DNA of 63,941 nucleotides, the filler included, from Octopus bimaculoides (Eukaryota), in assembly GCF_001194135.2 (NCBI RefSeq). It is 6 parts of 6 records of this genome, joined end to end, with 100 filler letters (N's around TTAATTAATTAA, not from the genome) between each part and the next. Parts side by side here need not be neighbours in the genome. Positions count along the whole stretch, not along the records: positions 22,280 to 35,712 come from NC_068981.1; positions 35,813 to 40,091 come from NC_068997.1; positions 40,192 to 51,217 come from NC_069000.1; 3 more parts are not named here. One strand, 5' to 3'. Made by a program: the position numbers and the translations under genes. This document shows positions 35,028-47,494 of this stretch, piece by piece. The notes beneath the pieces are model-generated. The model ran no database searches. It was not told the origin of the DNA and saw nothing but the letters and a program-made list of their open reading frames with translations. Numbering within the stretch: position 1 is the stretch's first letter; each line of letters begins with the position of its first letter.

Positions 35028-35600
35028 TATGCATATATACAAAGATATGTATGTAAAACTTAGATTAAACATTTTGTTTATACTGAATATTTGCCTGTCT
35101 ATATTTATGTCAATCTTTTCCTGTGTTTGATACTCGAATGTATGCATGTGCTAGTGAGTGCTCCATCATATATGTGCGTGTGTGTGTGCGTGTGTGAGTG
35201 TGTGTGGGTATTGTTTGTACGTGTGTGCGCGTATAAGTGATGTATGTATGTATATATATATATACATATATAATGTATATATACAAATAAAAGTATGTTA
35301 TGTATATACATGTATTTATGTATGCATACACACACACACTCATAGATACACGCACACATACATACGTACATACATACAAGCATTCATACATACATACATA
35401 CATACATACATACATACACACCCCTGTATCGTATATTGATTTGGACCCTTGAAAATTTATGAAACTACACATATACGTCATCCCTTTTACTTCGAAACCA
35501 TCAATGCGATTATGTGTGCCTGTATGTGCGTGTGGGTGTGTGTGCTTGCGTGTGTGTATGTATGTGTGTGTCAGTATATATGTAAATATATATGTATGTA

Positions 35601-35654
<54 letters not shown>

Positions 35655-35895
35655 GTATACGTATAATTATATTCTTGGGAATAGAAATTTCCCTTATGAA
35701 TTTTTTTACACANNNNNNNNNNNNNNNNNNNNNNNNNNNNNNNNNNNNNNNNNNNNTTAATTAATTAANNNNNNNNNNNNNNNNNNNNNNNNNNNNNNNN
35801 NNNNNNNNNNNNGCATGTATATATTTTTGTTTGCACTTACACATGTTTATAGGTATTTATAATTTGGTCGATATGTTTATAAATTTACATATATG

Positions 35896-35976
<81 letters not shown>

Positions 35977-38230
35977 ACAGATGTGCGTGTGTGTGTGTGT
36001 GTGTGTATCTGTGTGTATCTGTGTATTTTTGTGTGTGTGTGTTTGTCCACGTATGTCTATGTCTGCATAATACACATTCATACACAGGCACTCATAAACA
36101 CATACACACTTATGTATGTATGCATACAGGCACATATATATACATATGCACATTGCTTCACATACGGTTGGAACTAACGAGGAAATGAATTGGTAAAGTA
36201 GGGAAACGTAAGTAAGACTCAGAATGAAGCTGTGAGAGAGTGAGAGGTAGAGAGAAAGAAAGAGAAAAACGGAGAATGAAAACGGGGAGTCAGAGATGTT
36301 TTTATATTTATAAAAGACGGCAGTCATTGAAATTGGCGAGTCAACAACCACTGAGAATCAATAGATTACTCCTTAGACTTATGGAAATAAATTGATATGT
36401 TAGAAATTTAGTCGCTGTTTCACATACGACTTTTGTCAGGTGTATATATATGAATATTTGAGACTTAATTACCAATATAAATTCGCAAAGCTATATTCCA
36501 GAAGATATGGACATATGGTTATAGAGCCCCACTGGGTTCAGCCCCACTGTGCAGCAAATTGGGCAAACAGACCAAAGTCTTGTGTGAAATTGTTAGATGG
36601 AAAATTTGTGTTGAAGCCCCAAATGTGTGTGAGCCCATTTATTTGTATTTGTCCTTCGCCTCATGATGACCGATATTGCTTTGTTTTCGCCACCTTAAAC
36701 TCGGAGTTTGACAAAAGACAATTATAAGATAAGTACTATGCTTTTAAAAAGTATTTGTTGGAGCCTGTTTGTTCGACTACACCCTTCAATGTTCTACTCC
36801 AGCATGGCCGCAATCTAATCACAGGGACACATCAAAAATCATAGTAAAATTGAAACTGTGATATATACTAATCTTCTGGAGATGTTCTTTCTTAATTTCG
36901 CCTCGCAGCACGCATGAAGCAATTATTTCTTCCTAACTTCATTCATTTAACAAAATGCACTTTTTTTCTTTTGCATGCATGCGTCTATATATACATATAA
37001 ACATATACACATATATAAGCAGGCATATATGCATACATACTTACTTACTTGTATGTATGTACTAATGTCTATGTTATGTGCAAACGCTGTGTATGTGTTT
37101 ACATTTCAATTCCCAGAAGCCTCACAACTTCAATCTTGCTGGGCTTATGTATTGACCTTTAAGGCTACAAGCATCGACTTAAGCGTTGAGCTGCACATGA
37201 AGAGCAGTGTTTGCTACAATATGGATAATTGAAAACAAACTTCGGCTGCTGATGTTTGGTATTTCTACAGAAAAACCTCTTACTCTAATCGTAGTAATTC
37301 AGTTTTCAAATTGATTTTTCTTGCTTTACTATCAAAACATGCATGGTTCTATATTTCCAATCATACAAAGTACAAGTTCGTGTAAATAATGAATTTTGTT
37401 TATATTCACACGAGTTCTTCATATCTTAGAAAGCGCATTCCTTTCCCTTTTTCAGGAATTTTACCGTAATTGATTTCAGGCTTTTGAGACTTCGTTAATT
37501 TTATTCTATGTTTAGTTTCCGTTAGAAGATATGGCTGGAATTTTCTTTAACGCGTCCAAAGCAGTTTACTGCATTGGGTTTCTTAATTAGAGTGGCACAG
37601 TGAAGAGCCAAGTGAAAAGTGTTGCTGAGTGGCACACCTGAAAGTTTGTAAAAGTTTTGTATATAAAACCTCGTCACTTTTACGAGGAGCCTTGTATATT
37701 TCCACTTCCCTAGCTGCAAAGAACCAGATCGCCCTCCAATCAAAGCATGTTTTTTTTTTAAAAAATAGGCACTTTGTATAATACATTCTACATAAACTAT
37801 ATCTGAAAAAAAACATGGTATTCTTCTATACTGTTGTGAAGGCGGCGAGCTAAGCTACCGTTCGACCTGCCGTTTATAGCAGCCAAATCTTCCTCAACTA
37901 ACAATCACCCGTTCTGCAAAAAGTAAGAATTTATTGATAGTATAGTGACGTTAAAACAATAGGTGCACTCCAGCAAAGGTGATGTAAAGCTAAAAATGAA
38001 AACAATTGCTATTACACTAGCGACAATATAGAGGCCCCGCGTGATCTTATGACTTATTAAAAATAGAAACTAAATCTTCTTTCAATTAAAGGTTAGTCTA
38101 AAAAAGAGCAGGTTACAATGAACACAGTAAACGTGCATACGAACCATATAACGAGGATGAAAATGGCACGGATGGACTGGCTATCATCATAGACTTGTCA
38201 AATCAGAAATAAACTATGAAAGAATATTGA

Positions 38231-38440
38231 TCTCAAATGTTGGCACAAGCTTAGCATTTTCGGGGGAGGTGGTAAGTTGAGTACATCGACCCCAGTACTC
38301 AACTAGTACTTATTTTATCGATCCCAAAAGGATGAAAAAACAAAGTGGACCTTAGCGGATTTTGAACTCAGAACGTGAAGACGAAATACCGCTAAGCATT
38401 TTGCCCGCAATGCTAACGGTACTGCCAGCGCGCCGTCTTA
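38231..38440 (-). mobile_element. SINE family X copy (tail type 2)
   Basis: Reverse complement aligns to 30742-30940. Confidence 0.75.
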
Positions 38441-38628
38441 ACTATGAATAAATATCTGAAGAAAAAGAAATGGCTCTTCACTGATGTCGACGATCAAGTT
38501 TTATTTCCTCCTTCAGTTGAATAATTGATCATTGAATTAACTGAGTTAGTAGCTTAGAATTCAGGAAAACCATCTTGTATTCTTAACGTAATTCCCAAAT
38601 ATAATCATCCCTACTAATGTGTGATTAA

Positions 38629-38925
38629 CCCAGTACCTCCCATAATTCTATTGACTGGATTTTTTTTTTTTCTATGAAACTTTGATTTCTAGCATAAAAC
38701 AGCCTTAGAAACACGCTGGAATGATCAAAGTAACATTTCAAAATAACATTTCAAATAGAAAAAAAACGAGTTATTGGGTGAAAAATTAGCAAACCTCATT
38801 TGAATATCAAAGAAATATACCTAGTATATATAGCAAAAAGGTTAGATATGTGTAAATATTGACAGATAATTACGAAATTTGTAATTTTTAAGTGATCTCA
38901 TATGAGATCACTGGTAGGTAACGGG
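38629..38925. mobile_element. piggyBac-type MITE with TTAA target duplication
   Basis: TTAA|cccagtacctccc...ggtaggtaacggg|TTAA; subterminal perfect palindrome agtgatctcatatgagatcact (38891-38912). Confidence 0.7.
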
Positions 38926-39220
38926 TTAAACCAGTCCTTTGCATTATAGCTTTCTACACATTGTACACCTACTTATTTTCATTCACAATGCATAGACTGA
39001 CTTTGAGGTGCTAGTAAAATTACTTATCGAAGTGGACTATACAGAGTCCACTTGCCAAACAATAAAAGTCTAATTAAAGGAGTTAAAATAAAATTAAAAT
39101 CACTAAAACCAGTAAATACAACAACAACGCTACTAACAACGTGGGAGCTTCAATCAAATAAGGAACTCAACCAAATAGAAATACCAGCCGAATAACCCTT
39201 AAATTTCAAGCTAGTGACTC

Positions 39221-39449
39221 ATTTCTTTATTGCCGACAAGGGGTTAAACATATAGAGGACAAACAAGGACAGACAAATGGATTAAGTCGATTAGATCGAC
39301 CCCAGTGCGTAACTGGTACTTAATGTATCGACCCCGAAAGGATGAAAAGCAAAGTTGACCTCGGCGGAATTTGAACTCAGAACGTAATGACAGACGAAAT
39401 ACCGATAAGCATTTCGCCCGGTCTGCTAACGTTTCTGCCAGCTCGCCGC
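39221..39449 (-). mobile_element. SINE family X copy (tail type 1)
   Basis: Reverse complement aligns end to end with 30508-30745. Confidence 0.85.
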
Positions 39450-39982
39450 TAGCGACTTGCGAAACAAAAGGACCTATGGAAGATTAACCTCCTGGTTGCT
39501 GTCTGGCTAATACGAAATGGTGATAGGTAGACTTGTTTTGAGATAACTTTCCTAGAATTGAACTGACCTTCATGCTGTATGAAATTAAGTAAAATAAGGA
39601 AACAGTAAAATATTAACAGTAAAACAAAAAAGAAAGCGAAAGAAAATTCTATAAACAGTAAAAATTATAAACACAATGTAATGACATATTTTGTTGGAAT
39701 TAGCGAAAATACTATATTGTTGGAGCCTAAAAATAATCTGATCATAAATTAAATGCTTAATCGTTTGAGATGAAAGCAATATTGTCAGTTGGCTTTTCAT
39801 CGTTTTAATTCTAAAGATAAAAATAAAATATTTATCAAGCATCGTTGATATTCGTTAAAGCATTTATTATAAGAGTAAATACTGAAATTAGCGGATGCTA
39901 TTCTAGACACGTTTAGCAATATCCAATTGGCTTATGGTAAGAACACTGGGAAAAAAGAAAGAAAGAAAGAAAGAAGAAGAAG

Positions 39983-40014
<32 letters not shown>

Positions 40015-40191
40015 GAAGAAGAAGAAGAAGAAGAAGAAGAAGAAGAAGAAGAAGAAGAAACTCCTGCATTCAGCAACAATGGGGAAAAACCNNNNNNNNN
40101 NNNNNNNNNNNNNNNNNNNNNNNNNNNNNNNNNNNTTAATTAATTAANNNNNNNNNNNNNNNNNNNNNNNNNNNNNNNNNNNNNNNNNNNN

Positions 40192-42530
40192 GTCTTCGCA
40201 AGCAGAATGAAGGAAGGTCGGCATGGGTGCCAGTCATTGAATTTGGTTTGATTTCGAATTCGATTTCGATTTCACTTGCCTCAACAGGTCTTCGCAAGCA
40301 GAATTTTGTGTCCAAAGAAGGAAAGGTAAGCATAAGTGGGCTGGCTACACCCCTGGTAAAGGCCACGGGTTATGGTCTCACTTGTCTTGTTGGCTCTTCT
40401 CACGCACAGCAAATTTCCAAAGGTCTCGGTCACTAGTCATTGCCTTGGTGAGGCCTAATGTTCGAAGATCGTGCTTCACTATCTCATCCCAGGTCTTCCT
40501 AGGTCTACCTCTTCCACAGTTTCCCTAACAGCACAATCGTCTCTCTTGCACATCACATCTGATGCTTCTTAGGTCCAACTTTTCTCGCAGAGTACTTACA
40601 CTCTGTCGAGTATGCACACTGACATTACACATCCAGCGGAGCATACTGGCTTCATTCCTTGCAAGCTTACACATGTCCTCAGCAGTCACAGCCCATGTGT
40701 CACTGCCATGTAGCATAGCTGTTCGTACACATGCGTCATACAGTCTGCNNNNNNNNNNNNNNNNNNNNNNNNNNNNNNNNNNNNNNNNNNNNNNNNNNNN
40801 NNNNNNNNNNNNNNNNNNNNNNNNNNNNNNNNNNNNNNNNNNNNNNNNNNNNNNNNNNNNNNNNNNNNNNNNNNNNNNNNNNNNNNNNNNNNNNNNNNNN
40901 NNNNNNNNNNNNNNNNNNNNNNNNNNNNNNNNNNNNNNNNNNNNNNNNNNNNNNNNNNNNNNNNNNNNNNNNNNNNNNNNNNNNNNNNNNNNNNNNNNNN
41001 NNNNNNNNNNNNNNNNNNNNNNNNNNNNNNNNNNNNNNNNNNNNNNNNNNNNNNNNNNNNNNNNNNNNNNNNNNNNNNNNNNNNNNNNNNNNNNNNNNNN
41101 NNNNNNNNNNNNNNNNNNNNNNNNNNNNNNNNNNNNNNNNNNNNNNNNNNNNNNNNNNNNNNNNNNNNNNNNNNNNNNNNNNNNNNNNNNNNNNNNNNNN
41201 NNNNNNNNNNNNNNNNNNNNNNNNNNNNNNNNNNNNNNNNNNNNNGGACCATCTACCTGAAGGGATTTGTGGTTTGTCTACCTTCCTACTTATTAGGACT
41301 TTGGTTTTAGCTAGGTTGACTCTAAGGCAACACAAAATACTTCCTCACGGCGCAGAACATTGGCAAATTTTTTCTTATCTGCTTCCCCTCTGGCTAAATA
41401 AACCTGTCTCCTAGCTTCCCTTCTGGCAGTCTGATACAATTCCCTACTACCACCGTTCTTCCAGTCCTCTCAAGCCTGTTTCTTTTGTCTAATAGCCCTG
41501 TCAACCACATTGTTCCACCACCACGTTACCTTGGGTTGAGAGGGGACTTTGCACCATCCACAGATTTGGTCAGTGGCTCTCAGCAGATTGTCCCGTAGAA
41601 ACCCCCAGTTGTCTTCCACATCATGTGATGCTATATCCCCTTCTATTTCGTCAAAGGCTTTGAGTAAATCTCTGTCCATTTGCAGGATCTTTAAGCTTCC
41701 AGACCTTTCTCCTCCAAGCTGGTCTTCTGGGCATCCATTTAGCCCTGATCCCTGAGTCGCTAACTACTAATCTATGTTGAGGGGTACATTCGTCACCTGG
41801 GAAGGTTTTGGCATTTATAAGCAGCCCTCTTTCCCTTTTTCTGGCGAGGATGCAGTCAATTTGGCTAGTGTGTCTGCCAGAACGGTAGGTGGCTAGGCTA
41901 TAGGCGGGTTTCCTGAGGTTGGTATTGCAAACCATAAAACATCATTTACTTCACAGAACTCCAGCAGTCTAGTTTCCTCCTCATTGCGGGAACCAAAGCC
42001 ATAGCCTCCAAGTACGCCATGGAAGCCCCTTGCATGTTGTCCAACATGTTCATTGAAATCACCAGCCACAAAGAGAAGGTCCCTGTCATTTGTCAATTAG
42101 GTAGTCTGCAAGAGGGTGTCATAAAATCGGTCTTTCTGCCCATCCAGTAGCCCCGGTTGAGGGGCATAGGCCGAGATAATGGATGTTAACCTATGGTGAA
42201 GCACTAATCTAATCTTAAGTACTCTGTCACATACTCTGACTACCTTGATTACCTTATCAACCCATTTCTCTGCAAGAAGTATACCCACATCCCCGACCCT
42301 GTCAGTGTTCCCTGTTCAGAAAATCTTGTACCTGTATTCTTTGCCTGTGGGGAACCTCCTCTCCACCTTACTTCTTGGATGCAGCACAAATCTACACGTC
42401 TCCGTTGAAGCATCTCAACAATCTCACCAGACCTACCTTTCAGTGTGTCAACTCTGAGGGTGTGGGAGGTATGGGCCTGTGACACCCTGGGATGAGGGTC
42501 AGCAGTGTCATGTACCTGGAAAGAAAGCTT
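40192..42530 (-). mobile_element. RTE-clade LINE, frameshifted, interrupted by an assembly gap
   Basis: APE: TLKGRSGEIVEMLQRRRVDLCCIQEVRWRG, GILLAEKWVDKVI, AYAPQPG, AGDFNEHVG, QIDCILARK, QHRLVVSD; RT: LRVNLAKTKVL; C-terminal MLHGSDTWA..RNEASMLRWMCNV; 3' UTR at 40192-40400. Confidence 0.93.
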
Positions 42531-43208
42531 GCATTTGGCAGAATTCATTAAGAAAGAATAGCCTACAACCTGCATACACTACACCATTGTTATGTGCTAT
42601 ATGATCGATAAACCCTNNNNNNNNNNNNNNNNNNNNNNNNNNNNNNNNNNNNNNNNNNNNNNNNNNNNNNNNNNNNNNNNNNNNNNNNNNNNNNNNNNNN
42701 NNNNNNNNNNNNNNNNNNNNNNNNNNNNNNNNNNNNNNNNNNNNNNNNNNNNNNNNNNNNNNNNNNNNNNNNNNNNNNNNNNNNNNNNNNNNNNNNNNNN
42801 NNNNNNNNNNNNNNNNNNNNNNNNNNNNNNNNNNNNNNNNNNNNNNNNNNNNNNNNNNNNNNNNNNNNNNNNNNNNNNNNNNNNNNNNNNNNNNNNNNNN
42901 NNNNNNNNNNNNNNNNNNNNNNNNNNNNNNNNNNNNNNNNNNNNNNNNNNNNNNNNNNNNNNNNNNNNNNNNNNNNNNNNNNNNNNNNNNNNNNNNNNNN
43001 NNNNNNNNNNNNNNNNNNNNNNNNNNNNNNNNNNNNNNNNNNNNNNNNNNNNNNNNNNNNNNNNNNNNNNNNNNNNNNNNNNNNNNNNNNNNNNNNNNNN
43101 NNNNNNNNNNNNNNNNNNNNNNNNNNNNNNNNNNNNNNNNNNNNNNNNNNNNNNNNNNNNNNNNNNNNNNNNNNNNNNNNNNNNNNNNNNNNNNNNNNNN
43201 NNNNNNNN

Positions 43209-43473
43209 AAATAAGCAACAAGGATATCCAAAGTTAATGCAGTACGATCGTTTCATGCGACTCCATTTAATTAAGCAATGTGAACATTACATCAAATATA
43301 AAATGCAGAGTAATCCTCAGCTGCACATTAAATTTCTACATCTTTGTGCAGCTGAGGATTGCTCTGCATTTTATATTTGATGTAATGTTCACATTGCTTA
43401 ATTAAATGGAGTCGCACGAAACGATCGTATTGCATTAACTTTGGATACCCTTGTTGCTTATTTTAATCACCTG
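43209..43473. mobile_element. Long near-perfect hairpin transposon (arms >110 bp), left end hidden in a gap
   Basis: aaataagcaacaagg..aatcctcagctgcaca / 17-nt loop / tgtgcagctgaggatt..ccttgttgcttatttt, ending aatcacctg next to (TA)n. Confidence 0.85.
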
Positions 43474-44017
43474 ATATATATATGTATATATATAAAGTTC
43501 AGTTAGAGGTTAAATAAGCCTCATTAAGGGATAATAATATCCAATGAATTTACTGGTTTCCTACTTATTATTCATTTTGAATATTAGATTTAATATTCAA
43601 AAACAGGTAATTAAATAAACCGAGGTTTATATTTATTTAAGAAACATAAGAAAATAGAGATAAATCAATTCATAATTATATTTATTAATTATAAAAATAT
43701 ACATAATCTCTGACAGCTGTTTCTATTCAGACTTTAAAAAAGAATTAAAATAAAAAGTTGAATCTCATCACAAGTAAAAAAAGATATACCATTACATTTT
43801 TATGTTTTTATGTGTTAAGTGTATGGAGAATTAATAAATATAATTAGTAATTGATTTATCGCTATTTTATTATTTTTCTTATATGTGTGAGTGTGTGTAT
43901 GTATGTATATACATGTGTGTATATATGTGTGTGTGTGTATATGTATGTGTACGTATATGTATGTGTATGTATATGTGTGTGTATGTATATATGTGTGTGT
44001 ATGAATATATGTGTCTG

Positions 44018-44052
<35 letters not shown>

Positions 44053-44065
44053 ATATATGTATATG

Positions 44066-44106
<41 letters not shown>

Positions 44107-44288
44107 ATATATGTATTGGGAAAAGTATATATATATTTGCATTTAGAACCACTTCCCATTGCTAACCGGTGGAGATGGGAACGATGACTTCCCTTTGCGA
44201 ATACTGATAGGACAAAGATAGTGTGTCAATAGCCAACTGGAGATATTTTCCTGGGGCTACATCTAGGTGGCAAATATACTTCATGATA

Positions 44289-44319
<31 letters not shown>

Positions 44320-44420
44320 GNNNNNNNNNNNNNNNNNNNNNNNNNNNNNNNNNNNNNNNNNNNNNNNNNNNNNNNNNNNNNNNNNNNNNNNNNNNNNNNN
44401 NNNNNNNNNNNNNNNNNNNN

Positions 44421-44770
44421 CACCTGTGCCCAGCGTCGCCTTCCTGGCACTTGTGCCAGTGGCACGTGTACAGACATTCGAGTGAGATTGTTGCCAGTGC
44501 CGCTGGATTGGCTCCTGTGTAGGTGGCACGTAAAATACACCATTTTCAGCATGGCCATTGCCAGTACTGCCTGACTGGCTTTCATGCCGGTGGCACGTAA
44601 AAGCACCCACTACACTCTCAGAGTGGTTGGCGTTAGGAAGGGCATCCAGCTGTAGAAACTCTGCCAAATCAGATTCGAGCCTGGTGTAGCCATCTGGTTC
44701 ACCAGTCCTCAGTCAAATCGTCCAACCCATGCTAGCATGGAAAGCGGACCTTAAACGATGATGATGATGA
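44421..44770 (+). mobile_element. Retroposon 3' region with repeated tggcacgtaaaa units and (GAT)n tail (OK-like SINE or RTE 3' UTR)
   Basis: Three tggcacgt modules; terminus shared with 28-130, 6320-6379 and 46460-46556; 5' end lost in a gap. Confidence 0.75.
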
Positions 44771-44844
44771 CATACACACATACTCATACAGATATATATG
44801 CATACTCATATATATATCAAAATTGATCCATTGAAAATACTTTA

Positions 44845-45132
44845 TTATAATAATAATAATAATAATGAAAATGACTTATGCACATTTCAATGCAATATCC
44901 AGAATGATTAATACATATTATAAAATATTATGAAATATGGGATACTCCATCTCCTCAATTGGTTAACAACTGAACATCATTATGTTTGAATTAATTTACC
45001 ATTTGCTCGTTACCTACACCTTTAGGATGAACGGTTGTATATCATCTCATACCTTTTCATCCTGTTTTGTATATTTTTATGGGTCAACTATGAAAATTGG
45101 ATTTGAATGTTTTCTGTTTTTATTGGCTGCAT

Positions 45133-45194
<62 letters not shown>

Positions 45195-45287
45195 TAATAA
45201 TGGGACCGCAAGGAGATGGAGTATCCCATATTTTATAATATGTATTAATCATTCTGGATATTGCATCGAAATGTGCATAGGTCATTT

Positions 45288-45348
<61 letters not shown>
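44845..45348. repeat. Inverted repeat pair (~95 bp) capped by (TAA)n tracts
   Basis: gaaaatgacttatgcacatttc..atgggatactccatctcct (44866-44955) vs aggagatggagtatcccat..gtgcataggtcattttca (45209-45290). Confidence 0.8.
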
Positions 45349-45582
45349 NNNNNNNNNNNNNNNNNNNNNNNNNNNNNNNNNNNNNNNNNNNNNNNNNNNN
45401 NNNNNNNNNNNNNNNNNNNNNNNNNNNNNNNNNNNNNNNNNNNNNNNNNNNNNNNNNNNNNNNNNNNNNNNNNNNNNNNNNNNNNNNNNNNNNNNNNNNN
45501 NNNNNNNNNNNNNNNNNNNNNNNNNNNNNNNNNNNNNNNNNNNNNNNNNNNNNNNNNNNNNNNNNNNNNNNNNNNNNNNNNN

Positions 45583-45633
<51 letters not shown>

Positions 45634-46349
45634 CACATATATAATCGAAATAAACAACAAGATATCAAGAGGTGATGCAAGACGAGCGTATCAAGTGGTT
45701 CCACTTAATTGAACAATGCAACCATTGCATCAATTTAATACATACATGTAAACACATACATACACACACATGTACACGCACACATACACGTGCACATATA
45801 CATAAACGCACACATATACATACAAGTACACATATACATACATGTGCACACGTACACACATACTTGTACACGCGCATCCACGGGTACACACACGCATCCA
45901 CTGGTATGCAGCGCATCCACATGCATGCAGTGCATCCACAGGTACAGACACACATCCACCGGTATACACACATCCATATGTACACACACCCATTCATATG
46001 TACACGTACATTCATATGTATACATATACATAGATACGTACACATATACATACATGAGTACACATAAACACATGTACACATATACATACATACATGAACG
46101 CATACATACATATATACATGCATATATATATACACATAGACACACAAAAATATATAAGCATATATTCAGATGCATACATATATACACACACATATATACG
46201 CTTACTAACAAGAATATATACATATATATCCACACACATATTCATACATCTATATACTAATATACATACACATGTATATATATACATATACATACCTATA
46301 AATATATACATTAAAATGTATATCTACATATATATACATATGTATATGC

Positions 46350-46441
<92 letters not shown>

Positions 46442-46487
46442 CAGATCAGATTGGAACCTGTGCTAGCATGGAAAGCGGACGTTATGC

Positions 46488-46557
<70 letters not shown>

Positions 46558-46559
46558 GT

Positions 46560-46689
46560 GATATGTGTATGCACATATATATACATGTGTATGCACGTAT
46601 ATATATATATGTGTATGCACATATATATATATACATGTGTATGCACATAGATATGTACATGTCTATACACATATATACACATGTGTATT

Positions 46690-46725
<36 letters not shown>

Positions 46726-46910
46726 TGTTTATGCAAATCTATATACATATGTATATGCACATATCTATATACATATGTGTATGCACATATCTATATACAT
46801 ATGTGTATGCACATATCTATATACATATGTGTATACATAAATCAGTTTACATATGTGTATGCACATATCAGTATACATATGTGTATGCACATATCTATAT
46901 ACATATGTGT
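46560..46910. repeat. 26-bp higher-order minisatellite (acatatgtgtatgcacatatctatat)n
   Basis: Several near-identical tandem units at 46745-46910 and looser units upstream. Confidence 0.8.
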
Positions 46911-47109
46911 ATGTATATATATATATATAAATATATATATACATACATACATNNNNNNNNNNNNNNNNNNNNNNNNNNNNNNNNNNNNNNNNNNNNNNNN
47001 NNNNNNNNNNNNNNNNNNNNNNNNNNNNNNNNNNNNNNNNNNNNNNNNNNNNNNNNNNNNNNNNNNNNNNNNNNNNNNNNNNNNNNNNNNNNNNNNNNNN
47101 NNNNNNNNN

Positions 47110-47142
<33 letters not shown>

Positions 47143-47494
47143 CACACACATATATAATGTATATATAAAAAAAGGTAAGATATGTGGTTTTCAAATGAAA
47201 GTTAAATATAAATAGAAAAAAGTAGAAGATATGCAATTAAAAATATAAATAAAGTAAGATTTAAATATAAATAATATGTATATAAAAGTAAACATATACA
47301 TATATATGCATACAAAAAAAAGGAAAGGTACAATGTGTGAATAAGAATTAAATATAAATACTATATATAAATATAAATAATATATATATAAAAGTAAAAA
47401 TTTACATATATATACTTATAAGAAAAAAAATGATACATACATATTTACAGATATTTTTTTGGATAGCCGTTGCTTTGATGGGTCTTATTTTTCA

